Below are positions 1 through 12,850 of a stretch of DNA of 54,007 nt, one piece after another. Numbering within the stretch: the first letter of the stretch is position 1; the number at the start of each line of letters is the position of its first letter. The notes beneath the pieces were generated by a model. The model was given only the letters and a program-made list of their open reading frames with translations. It was not told where the DNA came from and did no database searches. Position numbers and translations under genes: made by a program. Source of the DNA: Prorocentrum cordatum (Eukaryota). Location: contig CAUYUJ010000273.1 of NCBI GenBank assembly GCA_963575745.1, positions 62,001 through 116,007 on the forward strand. Reading direction: 5' to 3'.

Positions 1-95
1 GAGATGTACGTGCAACGCACCTCCCCCACAAGAAAGGGCGCCAGACGCTCGCGCAAAGCGCGCGCGCACACGCGCGCACAACTATGCGATGCACC

Positions 96-2628
96 CTAGG
101 CCCTAGGCGACGCCAGGGCGAACCAGCAAGCCCAATCCCCGGCGTAGAAAACGCCAGGACGATGGGCTAGCCTCACCCCAGCCAAAGAGCCCCGTGAGGG
201 CACGTTAAAAAAAGGCCGTGCTGGGCGAGGCCTGCGCCTACACCCCGCGCCCCAAAGAAAGCGCGGCATCCGCTCAAAATACGAGGCTCCAGGACTACAA
301 TCAGGGCAATGCCGCCGTGGCCACGCAATGTCCCGCACAAACTACAAGTGCCCAAGCCTGGACGCACCGCGCGATCGCTCATCAGCGAAAGGCCAAAGAC
401 CAGACACGCCAACAACGAAGTGTCCTCCGAAACCCGAGGCGGCACCACGGGGATGGGCACCGACACGCGCAGCCAGGCCGCGCCCGCGAATGATGTTCCA
501 GAAAAAAGAAAAGCCCACCGAAAGTGCCATGCACCGACGGGAACAGAAAATGAGACCCGCGCAGCAAGCACGACAAGCCTGGAAGACCCTGGAGGGCACG
601 CAACCCCAAAACGGTGGAGCGCCGAGCCACGCCAGGCCTTAAAGTCCGGCGGGGCAAAGTTGGAGCCTCCTATGGGAGGGTTGGGGGGGGGGGGGAATGC
701 ACGACCGTGCATGATCTGACGGCGCGTGAACCAGCGCTGCCACTTGGGCAGGTCTGCATCCGCGCATTCCTGGAGCCAACAAGATCTGCAGACGAAGCCC
801 CTGCCCGCTTTGGGCGAGGAAAACCCCGACACTGGCCGTCCCACGCGCTCGTCTGGCACCTGAGGCAGGACGGCATCCATCCTTCGGGCGTGAAGTTGTG
901 GCATAAGGGAGCGGCGCAATGGTACTTGCCTGATTTCGAATACAAGCCTGGCCAGGCTCTGCCCTTGCAGTTCATGCACACTGGGGGTGCACGTCATCAT
1001 AGTTGGGCCTCAACAGCCTCCTTGGGGCCTGCTTCGTGGCACGCGCCGAAGCAGGCATGCGTCTGGCAGCGGGAGCGGCCGCGCGTTGCGACGGAGCAGA
1101 GCCGCCAGCTGCTGAGCCCCTCTCCTGCGCCTGCACTAAAGCAGACACTTCATTGGGAGGCGTAGGCGGCGAGTAGCAGTCGCCGCAAACCGTGTGCTCA
1201 CACGCCCTACACCAGATAGTGATCGAGCCGCGCGGGAGGCGTTTGTTGCGCCACCCACAGACGAACCTCCAATTCGTCTCATGTAGAAGGATCAGCGAGT
1301 GGCCCACCGAACACGCGGCTTCCCCTGCGTGGAGCTTGGCCCGAGGAGCCCTGCTGCGCTCTTCGGCGCGGCGGGCCTCAACCAGGCGCGCCGGCGGCGG
1401 GCCAGCAGGAAGACGAGCCACTGATTCCTGCTTACCAGGCCAAGGCGACGGTGAAGCAGCGATTCGACAGCGCCTCGCCTCCTCGAAGGTTTCTTGAGTG
1501 CGCAGCCCTTCCTTGGCGAACTTCGCGAAACGGCTAGGCTCCTCCCTGGGCGACAGAGAACCGCCGACGCAGTGGGAGGCCGAGCCTCCGCTGGGAGGGG
1601 GCGAGCTACTCGGCGAAGAGACTGGCCTGGCGTTGCGAATGCGGGCGCGAGACATGCTGCGATCTCGAGCACCTATTCCCCTACTGGACACGGGCCGCGC
1701 CCCGAGCCAAGCAGGGGGAGGGGGAGGAGTAGCAGGTCCCGGCTTTAAAATTAGCGCCTGAAGTAGCAGCAATGCCAGCCGCGGTAGCACGCATAAAATC
1801 AATCACGCCTGGCCTCATGATCGGCTGCTCAGGGTAGCCGATCCACAGACAGAGACGCGAACCAGCTGGAACGACATCGCCATGGTCCAACCATAGCCTG
1901 TCGGGCGGGCCAAGAGCTTCGCCGAGGTCGCCAGACGGCGGTGGAAAGAATGGGAACATTCCAACAGCCTTGTTGAACGAATCTGGGTATACATGGCGGC
2001 CGACTGCATTGCATACTGCCTGAACTGTCGCGCCATCTACATCGCATGGAAACTAGTGCCAGGCGGCCGCCCGCTGAGGCACAATAACATGAATACGATG
2101 TACAGGCCGCGGCACGCCCAAATCGTGGAGTTCGCGACGGGCGCCTTGTTGTTGACCGTCACCGTCACGACGCCGACGGCGGTCACGATCTTGTCCGCCA
2201 CCTTGTTCTTGAGAAGGTACTTCAGCTCTGGAGCGCCTGACGCGCCCAGCATGCCCGGCAGCAGATCCACCCTCACGACCCCAGGAAGCGAAAGCGGGGC
2301 AGGGAAGGCGACGCTGCCTAGCACCACGTCCAACCCGAAGCCGAAGAAGCACAGCAAGAAGGCCAGCCACGAAAGCCGTAGATGGAGGCGGTGTAGCGAG
2401 ATGGGTAGGCACCTGAGCGCGAGGACCACGCACACCAAAGTGCTGACACCGCAACACTCCAAAGACTGCCGTAGGTGAAAACGGACAACGAGAAGTGGTA
2501 AAGCGCTCCTCGCCGAGCGCTGCCGATGAATTGTTTTCAACGATCATCTTCGAGTCGACCACCAGGAAGAGCGCAAAAGCAAGGAGCACTGACATGACTG
2601 GCGTGCGGCAAAAGAACCCACCCACCAA
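96..2628 (-). pseudogene. Decayed Cys-rich multi-zinc-finger coding region (gene or TE ORF), broken by stops and frameshifts
   Basis: ORFs 2053..2628 and 1681..1959 are in one frame separated by a single stop, as are 342..599 and 96..338. Cys/His clusters: CSVGHSL..W.FVCGW...WCRACEHTVCGDC (C1/DC1-like), CMNC..HCAAPLC, CLRC..VCRSCW and CRACCAGLIFCSRRC (MYND-like). A spliced-leader relict lies upstream on the same strand. Confidence 0.45.
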
Positions 2629-2752
2629 GCGGGACGGGCGGGGCCCGTAGCGCCCAGTGACCGAGCACCCCTGCGTTCGTCTCGGATGGGGCGCTCAAGA
2701 AAGCACAGCAGAACGCTGGTCCAGCACAGGGGCACCCTGGACCCAGCACAGG

Positions 2753-2775
2753 CTTGGGTCAGAGTGGTTCTTGAG
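2753..2775 (-). other. Relict dinoflagellate spliced-leader sequence (tandem, degenerate)
   Basis: Minus strand reads CTCAAG-AA-CCACTCTGACCCAAG. The second part matches the SL 3' end CCATTTTGGCTCAAG at 11/15 positions, and all four mismatches are transitions. The first part equals the last 6 nt of the SL. Confidence 0.5.
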
Positions 2776-2778
2776 GAG

Positions 2779-2813
<35 letters not shown>

Positions 2814-2835
2814 GGAGGGGGAGGAGGAGGAGGAG

Positions 2836-2935
2836 NNNNNNNNNNNNNNNNNNNNNNNNNNNNNNNNNNNNNNNNNNNNNNNNNNNNNNNNNNNNNNNNN
2901 NNNNNNNNNNNNNNNNNNNNNNNNNNNNNNNNNNN
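2836..2935. other. Assembly gap (100 N) between a (GGA)n tract and a (CCT)n tract
   Basis: Run of 100 N with the same trinucleotide repeat in opposite orientations on either side. Confidence 0.98.
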
Positions 2936-4201
2936 TCCTCCTCTCCTCCTCCTCCTCCTCCTCCTCCTCCTCGAACACTTCGCGGCAGACAGCTGCAATC
3001 GCGCGAAGGCATCGCCGTGGTGGTCCCAAACCCGAGAGAAAAGAATGATTCAAAAGGGGAGGGGGGAGGCTCGAGAGGGAAGCAGCGCCACGGGCATACA
3101 AAATGGGGGGCGGGAGGCTCGACATCGCAGCAGTGCACCGTGCATGCGAGGAGCGGGGCGCGCAATCGCATTCGCCGCCCCTCCCCCCTTGAGGTCGAGG
3201 AGGGAGTCGGCTTAGTCCCCATCGCATCAAGGCCACCCAACTTCGCGCATCACGCGCCGCCATGCGCGGTGCGCGGTCCTCCTCGCGCCCTCGCGCCGCC
3301 CCCCCCTCCCCAATGGAGAAGCGCAGGCGCTCAGGCCCGGGCCGCGACGCGCGAAGCGCGATTGCGCTCGCGCCCCCGCGGGTGACCTAAGGTACCGGGA
3401 AATCGAGTCAAACTGGAACGCGCACCGGATCAGGCCGCGCCGGCACGGAGCCGGAGCCGAAGCGGATCAGCCGCGCAGGACTGCGCGGCAGAACCATTCG
3501 AGCACCGAGCCGCACTGGACAGCCCGAGCATCAGAATCGAGCCCAATCGGGCAGGCCAGGATCGGCATCGAATCGGACCGATCGGAGCCGTACGGGCCTT
3601 GGAAGGAGGGGTACGGGGCCGAAGTGGTGCCGTCGACGTCCTCACCGTCCTCGCCGTCCTCGCCATCGTCCTCGCGGTCGTCGTCGTCGCCGTCCTGGTC
3701 TTCGGATTTCGTCGTCGCCGCCAACGTCTCCGTTTTAGTCGTCATCGTCGCCGCCGCCGCCGTCATCGTCGTCGTCTTCGTTGTCGTCGTCTCCCTCCTC
3801 CCTCATCCAAGAGGGCGGAGGAGGGAGGCGCCAGGCGAAGAGGCAGCTGGGACAGACAGGGCCGTGCCTTTTCGAGGCACCTTGGCCGGAGACTCCGGCG
3901 CCCGCGCTGTGCGCTGGCGCTCGCGCGCGTGCGCGCGAGCACGTTGGCGCCCGAGCGCATCTGGGGCCGCACGAGGGAAAGCGAGCACGAAAACGTGGAA
4001 GAGGACCCCAGAGGCGCTCGACCATCAGAAGAAGAGAAAGCGCAATAAACAGAAACTCTTGGCGCTCGGCGCGGTGTTCTTGGATCCGCGCTGGGCACCC
4101 CCGGCGGCGCCTCCAGCGCCGCCCCTGGAGCGCTCCGCGCGCCAAGGAGGGGAGTCCAGGATCCAAGGAATCCGCGCGGAGCGCCAAAGGATTATGTTTA
4201 T

Positions 4202-4354
4202 TGACTACCTACCAGACCACCCCAACCCAACCCGAAAACCCGAATTTCGGGTTTGGGGGGTAAGGGTTCCACATGTTTCCCGACACCCCCCCACTGGAAA
4301 TCGAGGGTAAATCTGAGCCTTCGGGTTGGGTTGGGGTGGTTTGGTGGGTGGTGA
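4202..4354. mobile_element. MITE with ~35-bp TIRs, TG...GA termini, 5-bp TSD TTTAT
   Basis: Left TGACTACCTACCAGACCACCCCAACCCAACCCGAA is inverted at the right (TTCGGGTTGGGTTGGGGTGGTTTGGTGGGTGGTGA). TTTAT at 4197-4201 and 4355-4359. Related copy at 31471-31603. Confidence 0.85.
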
Positions 4355-4639
4355 TTTATGGCGTTGCTTTTTCTTCTAACCATGGGCCCCTTCATACTTA
4401 CGCGGCCTTCGGTTCTTGGCGGTCTCTCCAGCGGTCTGCCGCGCGGACGGATGGCCGCACCGGCAGAGGCATCCGGATGGAGCCAGAGGGGGGAGAAGGC
4501 TTCGGAGGACCGCACCACATCGGTGACGTCGGGATCGATGAAATCGGGTTCCAGATCGGACGTGGACCTTCGGCCCGCGGATCTAGAGTAAATGACCCTG
4601 GCACGACCCCAATGAGGGGAAACCTTCCTATTGCATGGG

Positions 4640-4752
4640 CGCAGTGCTCGACATTGCTTGGCACTGCTTGGCATTACTTGGCATTGCTCGGCATTGCTTG
4701 GCAGTGCTTGGTATTGCTTGGCATTGCTTGGCATTGCTTGGCACTGCTTGGA
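4640..4752. repeat. Tandem 10-mer (GCATTGCTTG)n
   Basis: About ten slightly diverged GCATTGCTTG/GCACTGCTTG units. Confidence 0.9.
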
Positions 4753-4929
4753 ATGAGCACAGGCAGAAGCCGCCGACCCAGTCGGCGTGTGGAAGAGGCT
4801 ATTCCGTTTGAATTGAGCAACGTTGTAGTTGAGTCGAAGGGAAGCCCCTTCCCTTTGATCCCTTCCCCGCCGGGGGGGGGTCCCGGCGGGATCCCGGGGC
4901 AGATACGACTCCCCCCCGGGCGATTCGGG

Positions 4930-5540
4930 GGCCCAGGAAAGCCCCAAGACGCAGCCAAAGTGCCCCAAGATGTCCCCAAGACGGTCTTCGAGGGCCCCGA
5001 ATCGCAAAAGTATCGGCCCAAGTCGCCAAAGTTACCACCAGACGGCTCAAAAAGTTTCCAAAACGCCCCAAGAGGCCTCCAAGAGGACTTCCAAGACGGC
5101 CCCAAGGGGCAGAAAACGTAGATTTCCCGCAGGTTTTTAAAACATTTCAGCATTCTCGCCTTGTCAGTTTCCCGACGCCCCAAGACAGGCCAAGAGGCCT
5201 CCAAGACCGCCCCAAGGTGGCTCAAGAGGCCTCCAAGAGAGCTCCACGACAACCCAAGAGGGCCCCAAGACCGCCCAAGAGGCCTCCCAGACAGCCGAGG
5301 AGACCCCCAAGACGGCTCCAAGAGGGAGCCCAGACGGGGGACCCGAACGGACATGTCGATCCCTCGGCCTGACAAGCTCTCAGGAAGCCCCCAGAGGCCC
5401 CTAAGAAGCCCCCCAAGAGGCCCCAAGAGGCCCCTAAGAGACCCCCACACGAAACCCCAAGAGGCCCCCACGAGGCTCCCAAGCGGCTCCCAAAAGCTTT
5501 CTAAGAGGCCCTCAAACTACCCCCAAGAGGCCCCCGAAGG
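4930..5540 (+). repeat. CCAAGA(G/C)GGCC-rich dispersed repeat family
   Basis: Recurring CCAAGAGGCC/CCAAGACGGC motifs. Related blocks on + at ~13690-13820, 44570-44830 and 49880-49980, and on - at ~10480-11050, 26380-26560 and 33330-33600. Confidence 0.85.
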
Positions 5541-5611
5541 CGCTCGTCGTCGTCGTCGTCATTCAGGGTCGGCGGCACCAGCCGCCAGGTCTTTGCAATA
5601 CGAGGCACTGG

Positions 5612-5885
5612 GGGCGGGGAACCCGGGGAACCCGACGAACCCCGGAACACGGGAAAAACGGGGAACCCAGGGAACCAGGGGAACCAAGAACGCAGGGAGC
5701 CCGGAAACTCGAGGAACCCGGGGAACCCAAGAAGCCCAGGGAACCCAAGGAACCCGGGGAACCCGGAAAACCCGGGGAGCCCGAGGCACCCGGGGAACCT
5801 CCGAGGAACGGGCAACAGAATGAGCGGAGGCACCGAGGGCGAGGACCCCGGGGAACCCGAGGAACCCAGGGAACCTCCGAGGAGC
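5612..5885. repeat. Tandem ~9-mer (GGGAACCC[G/A])n
   Basis: Many GGAACCC units with 9-bp periodicity. Confidence 0.85.
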
Positions 5886-8554
5886 GGGCAAAGTAGCCCC
5901 CGAGGCGCCAACCTTCAACCAAGTAAGAACCCTGTAGGCAAGACTGATTTCGAAGAGGACAAAACGCCAAAAGTTTGTGTTTATGCAGTTTTCTCGCTTT
6001 TCGGAAGCAAGAACCCCTTAGGCAACCCTACTAGGGGACAAGCTGCACGAAGGCGCAAACACGTCAGGGATAGGGGTCATGTTCTGCAGGTATCGAACCA
6101 AACCGTCCAGATGTATTGTCCCTAGTGCAAAGACTGCGACCTCCGTGAAGCAAAGTGCTTATCGTGTTATTATGGTTAAGGTTTTTCGTTTTCTGCGAAG
6201 GCGGGCTGCGCCTCTTCCACCCCTGCGCGCAGCACGGAGGGGTCCGAACACCTCCCCAGACGCCCTCCGCACGGCCCAGGGAGGAGTCGTGGCGCGGGGA
6301 TCCAAGAGCTCGTGCCTTCATTGTTCGCGACAACGCCCATGACCGCCCCCCCCTCCCTCCCGCGGTCACGCCACGATGCGCGGCGGCGCCGCATGGGAAA
6401 GAGCTAATTACGCTGGAACACTCCCAAACGGCGCCGGCGCCCATCGCGACGTGAACGGCCTTCTCCCCCCCCTGGTCACGCCGGTTATGGCTAGGCGATA
6501 AAAACTGTTTCTTGTCCGGGGGAGGCTCCGTGCGTAGAATCGTGACTTGGGGATCCAGCGCCCCACCCGCTCCCGCGAAGCTCCCCGGCGCAGGGAGGGG
6601 CAGGGGGTTCCCTCGCCCTCCCGGACGCCCCGCCTGCAGCGGACAGGCAGACCGGGGAGGCCGAGGTGTGGGTCTAGGTTTGGCCAGTCAAGCAGCAGTG
6701 AGTAGATTAGGAATGTCCTCAGAAACTGAGGGAAACCTTAATGTCGGCATCGAGATTTTGAAGACGATGCCGATCATAGGGACAGTGACAAGTTCGAGCT
6801 GGCACAGATCGCCCCCCCGGTGGGCGTCGCCCCGCTGGGCAAGCTCACGACAGCGGCCGCAGGAGCGCCTCTGGCAGCACCCCGGGAGCCCAGGTCGCAT
6901 CTGGCCCCCCCCGCAGGACGCCGCCCCGCTGGGCACCCCCGCAAAATCTCACGGAAGTGACAGATGCGCAGTTGGCAGTCTCCTCCTTTTCCTCCTCCTC
7001 CTCCTCCTCCTCCTCCTCCTCCTCCTCCTCCTTCCTCCTCCTTGGGCCCCCCGCAGGACCTCTCAGGGCCGGCAGAACCGGCCGTCGGGCCTTCACAGTC
7101 GACGGGCGCAGGCAGAGAGATGGGGAAAGCCCAGGGTTTGCTAGGGATTGGTTCCCCCCGAAACGCAACGCAACGCAACGCAAAAGTCTGATGCCGAGGC
7201 GCGTGGACACAATTCTACATGCAATGGCGGCAGACAGCGGACTGCCAAGCCACCCGGTCTGTCAGACCTGCTGGTACAAGAGCAGCACGTCGTTGCACTT
7301 GACCAGTCCATTCGTTCCTTGGTCCGCCAACGTGTCGCACCCTTCCAAAACCCTCCCGAAAACTTCCGAAAAACCTCCCAGAACCCCTCCCAGAGGGTTT
7401 CTGGAGGGCGTCGGCTGTTCTGCAAGGAAACCCATACCTGGCGAACCCTGGACCCTTCAAGGCCAGAAGGGCAAGGGGAGGATGGCAGGAGGGCAGGCCG
7501 GAGGGCGTGGCGGGGAAGGAGCGGGGGAAGGTGCAGGGCAAACAGCAGAGCAGGGAGGACTGCGCGTCTTTCGAGACCCTCCCATAACCCGAAGAGGCAG
7601 CGGATGTGGATACCTCTGGGCCTCCAGGGGCGGGGCCCACGGCAGGTCCTGGGAGAACGGTTCCCGAAGCGGTGGATCTGCATCCGCCACCGTGCCGCGA
7701 GGCACTGAGCGGAGTCTTCAGGAGCCTTCGAGCTCTCCGCATTGACTGCTGTATTGTTTTTGTTGTTGCCTTTGTTTAATACTTTTCTTTCGAAAATAGG
7801 AGAAAGAAGAGGCACGGCTCCGAAATGACGGTTTTCCTTGGGTTTGGCGCAGGGCTTCTGGGGAAGGTTGCGTGATTTACCCGAAGGCCAGAGAGACGGG
7901 TCAAGAGGGTCCTAAAATCCCACCGAGAACGCCCCTAACTTGGCATAGAATGTCCTAACGCTGTGGGCGAATTTTAGCAATCGACCTTCCGACACGCAAA
8001 GACTAGGCCCCCGAAAGCGCCTCAATATGGCCCAATAGACACCCAAGAGATTCGCCCGAGAGGGCCCAAAGACAGAGAGCCTCGAATTGACGGAGCCCCA
8101 TCCCCAAACCTCGTCACCCCGGATTCATGCTTGATTTCCCTCGGCCCCCCCTAGCGGCCCCGAAAAAAACCCGAGGCCTTGAACCACGATCCTTCAACCT
8201 CGCCGCCCCCCCCCATTCTTCTGGCAGACAAACTCAAAGACTGTCGGAGGTCCGCGCGGCTGGGCGCGCGAAGGCGCGCGAAGGCGCGGCGCCGCAACGG
8301 TGGGGGGAGAGGCCTGGACGCAGGTCCGAGAGGCCTGCTTCTGGAGCCCTGGAAACGTATGCTCACGCCGTCCTCTGTCAAGGGGCCAGGGAATGCACAA
8401 ACTGGTCTGCACGAGCCACAGGCATTCCCATGCTCCCCCCTTGCTTCCAAGATGCCCTCTTCCTTGCTGTGCCCCATCATGTCTCCGCATCCTCATGAAA
8501 AACAACTGCTGTTTAGGCTTCTTGGCGGGGCGCACCAGGGGGTAGAGAGAGGGC

Positions 8555-8660
8555 GGAGGGTTTCTTAGGAGGAGGCTGCTTCTTAGAAGGCGCCGGTCTT
8601 ACATCTATAGACAAGGCCCGCGCCTTCTAAGAAGCAGGGGTGCTTCTAAGAAGCCCTCCC
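8555..8660. repeat. Short foldback with CTTCTTAGAAG motifs; related diverged block at ~9080-9290
   Basis: GGAGGGTTTCTTAGGAGG..CTGCTTCTTAGAAGGCGC is inverted to GCGCCTTCTAAGAAGCAG..CTTCTAAGAAGCCCTCC. Outer ends and TSD are not resolved. Confidence 0.6.
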
Positions 8661-9647
8661 TTCACCCCCCTCCGCGCGTGGCTGATGTCTATTTGTCCCT
8701 CCCGGTCTTGTCCTGCGATCTGGGGGACCCCCCCCGTGCACAGAGGGGGCGGGACGCCCAGGACGCGCGAGGGGAGGCCGCCAGCCGGCTGCCGCGCTCA
8801 AGCGCTGCCTGCGAGGCCGTCACGCACGGCCGGTTTGTACACCCTCCGCCCGCGCGATGCTCCTCCCCCGTCACTGCTGCTTCGGCGGCGCGCACAACTC
8901 AGCGTCTCGACGGTGGGCGGAGGGGGGGGGAGGGGGGCGGTCTGGCTCGGGACCTCTGCTTGGTGCGACTGCTTGCAACGGTGCCTATGGAGCCCCCCCC
9001 TGCCTGAAAGAGGCGCCAAAAGCAGCCAAAATCTACTCCACGGGGATGGGGTCCGAGGGCCCGCGCCGGTCGGCACGAGGTGGGAAGGCTTCTTCGGAGG
9101 CCGTTTCTTATCAAAGGCGGCGGCCCTACATTGCAGACCAGGGCCTCTTAGCAGGGCCTCCTCGGGGGTGCTCGCGTCGTCCAGCGGCGCGCAGAAGGGG
9201 AGAGGGGGAGAGGGAAAGGCTCCTTAGAAGGAGGTTCCTTCGTGCGCCTTCTAGGAAGCAGAGGTGCTTCTACGAAGCCTTCCCCCTCCCCCAGACCCAC
9301 CTCGGCGCGTCGGCTGGCCTCGCAAGTGGGGTCCGAATCGATGGGTTCGGAGGGTCGCACCGCGTCGCCTGCGCACCGTACATCCGCCGCCGCGCCTGCA
9401 GCGGCAGGCGTGCTCGCTTGCTGCGAAGCAGTAGCTGGGCCCCCCCCGACGCGTCGGGGCCCCAAGATGCGTTCAGCTCTCCGACTGGGTCCCCGCGTTG
9501 TTTGGGGGGCTCCCAGGCAGAACATGCGCCGAAATACAAGGCTGGGCCGGGGGGGGGGACGTTCACACCCCTGGGCACCCGCCCAGCCCCACGTCAAGGC
9601 CCCCGCCCGAGCGCGGTGGCAGAATCGCGCGGCAGCGCCACTGGAAA

Positions 9648-10021
9648 CATATATATATATATATATATACACATACATACATACATATATATACATAGAC
9701 ACATACACATATACAAATACATATGCATATACATATATATACATATATATATATATACATATGCATGTATACATACATATACATACATACATACATACAT
9801 ACGTACGTACGTACGTACGTACGTACATACATACATACATACATACATACATACATACATACATACATGCATGCATGCATGCATGCATGCATGCATGCAT
9901 GCATGCATGCATGCATACATACATACATACATACATACATACATACATACATACATACATACATACATACATACATACATACATACATACATACATACAT
10001 ACATACATACATACACACACA
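9648..10021. repeat. Compound (TA)n/(CATA)n/(CGTA)n/(CATG)n microsatellite
   Basis: Directly visible. Confidence 0.98.
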
Positions 10022-10050
10022 CTAGAACCACGCGCGCGCTACGCGCGCTT
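10022..10050 (-). mobile_element. Helitron 3' terminus (hairpin + CTAG)
   Basis: Minus strand AAGCGCGCG-TAG-CGCGCGCGTGGTTCTAG|T: a GC hairpin a few bases before CTAG, followed by T. Nearly the same sequence ends the element at 25042. The 5' end was not located. Confidence 0.7.
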
Positions 10051-11260
10051 AGGTGCTAGTCGCGGATGAACCACGGGTGCCGATGTAAGCCCCGCTGTAG
10101 TCACAACGACGATTTCCAGCGTTCTCGGGCCCATGCCGTCGACGCAAAGAACGCGTAGTCAGAACGCTCTGGCTCTTCCGGGGCCGCCGCTGAGGGGCGG
10201 GAAGGGGGAAAGCAACTTGTGAAATGATAGGGTATAGCGATGCCCCGCTCGCTCTGGCGGGGCCTGTCTGGCGTTTTGGCGGGGCCATCCCAGGAGAGGA
10301 GGGGGAGGAGTACGAAAGCTGAGGTGTGAGGGGAGGAGGAGGAGGAGGAGGAGGAGGAGGAGGAGGAGGAGGAGGAGGAGGAGGAGGAGGAGGAGGAGGA
10401 GGAGGAGGAGAGAGGAGGGAATGGAGGCAAGGGGAGGGGGCGGGAGGGAAGGAGGGACGAAGGGGGGAGGCCCGGGCCATCGGAGCCGTCTTGGAGCGCC
10501 CTGGGGTCTCCCGCTCCCGCTCTGTGGCCCAGTTTGGGCCTGTCCTGGGGCTCTCTTGTGTCGTCTGGGGCTCCTCCTGGGCTCCCTGGGGCCGTCTTGG
10601 GAGTCTTTTGTGTGCCTCTTCGGCGGTCCCGGGGCGGTCTTGGGGGCGTATGCGGCCGTCTTCGAGCATTGGAAGCTCGAGAACGCAAGAAAGCGAAAAA
10701 CATAGAACAAACCAGTGCAAATCAATGGTTTGGGCCTCTTTGGGCTCTCTCGGGACGTCTCTCGGAGCTCTCTTGAGCCCTCTTGGAGGCCTCTTGGGCT
10801 GTGTTTGCCGTCTTGAGCTCCTCTTGGGCCATGGCGGGGTCATCTGAGCCGTCCTGGAGTTCCTTGGGGCCTCCCGCTTCCGCTCTGGGGCCCATTTTGT
10901 GCCTCTCATGGGATTCTCTTGGGCAATCTCGGGCTGCTCTTGGGCAGTCTTCAGACTCTCCTGGGCCGTCTTGCGGCTCTTTTCGGTGCCTCTTCGGCCG
11001 TCTTGGGAGCTTCGGCCGTCTTGGAGCGCTGGAAGCTCGAGAACGAGAGAGAGCCGAAAACATTGAAGAAAATGACCGAAACCCCAGGATGTCCGTGGCT
11101 CGTGTGATGCCGTGCCGTGCGGCGCAAGAGGCATAGCGTGGCACGGTGTAGCATGGGCCCTGCTGTGCAAGACTACGGCAAAGCGGCGACCGATCCTGGC
11201 GTCCCAATTTTATCGAGCCGGGCGAGTTCGCCCGACTGCAGGTACGTGTTCTTCCTCTTC

Positions 11261-11456
11261 TCGGGCCGGGCGAAAGGGGGGGGTAGCAAAGCGGGGGGTT
11301 GACAATCAGCTCACGTAGCTAACTTTCCCGGCGCCTCCCGGCGCCAGGAGGCGCCCATGTATGGAGGCATGGGCCCGGCGGCGGGGCCAGAACCGGCTGC
11401 ATGCAGCAGATGTCGTAACCCACCCGTTCCCTATCCCCCCCTTTCCCTCGGCCCGC
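11261..11456. mobile_element. MITE with ~45-bp imperfect TIRs (TCGGGCC...GGCCCGC), 5-bp TSD TCTTC
   Basis: Left end begins TCGGGCCGGGCGAAAGGGGG; reverse complement of the right end begins GCGGGCCGAGGGAAAGGGGG, and similarity continues to GGGTTGACAATC/GGGTTACGACATC. TCTTC at 11256-11260 and 11457-11461. Confidence 0.75.
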
Positions 11457-11469
11457 TCTTCGCGCGCCG

Positions 11470-11753
11470 GACCCTCCTCGTCCTCCTCGTCCTCCTCGTC
11501 CTCCTCGTCGTCCTCCTCCTCTTCCTCCTCCTCCTCCTCCTCCTCCTCCTCCTCCTCCTAGTCCTAGTCCTAGTCCTTGTCCAGCTCCTCCTCCTCCTCC
11601 TCCTCCTCTTCCTCCTCCTCCTCCCCCTCCTCCTCCTCGAGCGAGGAGCTGCGCGCCGCCGCCCCCCTCGGAGCCCTCGCGCCGCCGGCCCCCCCGGAGG
11701 GGGGGGGGGCGGCGCGGGGCAGCTCGCCGCCCCTGCGACGACGACGTGCGGGG

Positions 11754-11815
<62 letters not shown>

Positions 11816-11828
11816 GCGACGACGACGG

Positions 11829-11875
<47 letters not shown>

Positions 11876-11880
11876 ACGAT
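11470..11880. repeat. (CCT)n and (CGA)n trinucleotide tracts
   Basis: Directly visible. Confidence 0.95.
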
Positions 11881-12477
11881 TCTCCCCCTGTGGACCTCTG
11901 GGGTCCGATCGCACCGCCGGAACAGGGACAGAAGGGCGTCCTTCACAAGCACGGGGCCCTCCGCCGGCCAGAACACGCCGAGCATCCCCGGACACCCTCC
12001 CCAGGGTGCACAGGAGGCATCCGACAAGCACGAAGAGCACCGGGGCACCCACCCCGAGCCGACGGCCCCGATCCTGTGCCTCGGTCCAACAGTACAATCA
12101 ACGTGGTGTTGACAGGACTTCGTCGTCCAGATTGCGTCCAGATGTCGTCCAGAGTTCGTCCAGACATCGACCAAAACCAACGAAATATAAACAAAACACC
12201 CAAACCACAAGGGATGTTGGGACCCTCTGAAGCTCACATGGAGGACCACACAGGGGACAAAGTCATGTTCGGGCCCCTGCGGGGGGCCAGTGCCGTCCAC
12301 GGCGACGGCACGACCGAACACCGGCCGAAAAAACGGCGAAACCGAGACCGACCGACATCGACGGACCGAACGCAGCCCGCAGTGACGCAGCGGCGCAGCA
12401 AACGCCCCGACCGAGCGGACCGAATGCGCACGCCTGCGAGGCAGGCAGACCGATCGACCCACGGACCCCGCTGGTCT

Positions 12478-12850
12478 CCAACCTTCAGGCGTCCCCTGGA
12501 TGCGACGCCCCTCCGTCCATCCGTCTCCGCAACAAGGGCTCCCAACTTCGCGTTTCGCGCTGCGCGAAGCGCGAAGTGCGAATAACTTCGCGCTCTCGCG
12601 CCGCCTCCCAGGTGGGAAGAGGAGGAGGAGGAGAAAAACCGCAAAGCGCGAAGCGCGAGCAACTTCGCGCCCTCGAGGGCGCCCTTGCCAACCTTCAGGC
12701 GTCCCCTGGATGCGACGCCCCTCCGTCCATCCGTCTCCGCAGGGGCCAGCCGCGCGGGCTGGCAAGCGAGCGGGTGGCAGCAGAGGCTGTCCTGTATGCG
12801 CCCCGTCTCCGCAAGGGCCAGCCGCGCGGGCTGGCGGGAGCGGGCGGGTG
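12478..12850. repeat. Local direct duplications (~54-bp exact repeat at ~12478 and ~12688; second repeat at ~12731 and ~12803)
   Basis: CCAACCTTCAGGCGTCCCCTGGATGCGACGCCCCTCCGTCCATCCGTCTCCGCA occurs twice. CCGTCTCCGCA(G/A)GGGCCAGCCGCGCGGGCTGGC occurs twice. Confidence 0.9.

Noticed and set aside
45..105. GCGC-AAA-GCGC hairpin with nearby CTAG as a third Helitron end
   Set aside because: It lacks the GTGGTTCTAG context of the other two ends and the CTAG is much further from the hairpin.
7132..7450. Possible hAT element with CAGGGTT(T/C)GC ends
   Set aside because: Only a 10-bp inverted match and no 8-bp TSD (GGAAAGCC vs GACCCTTC).
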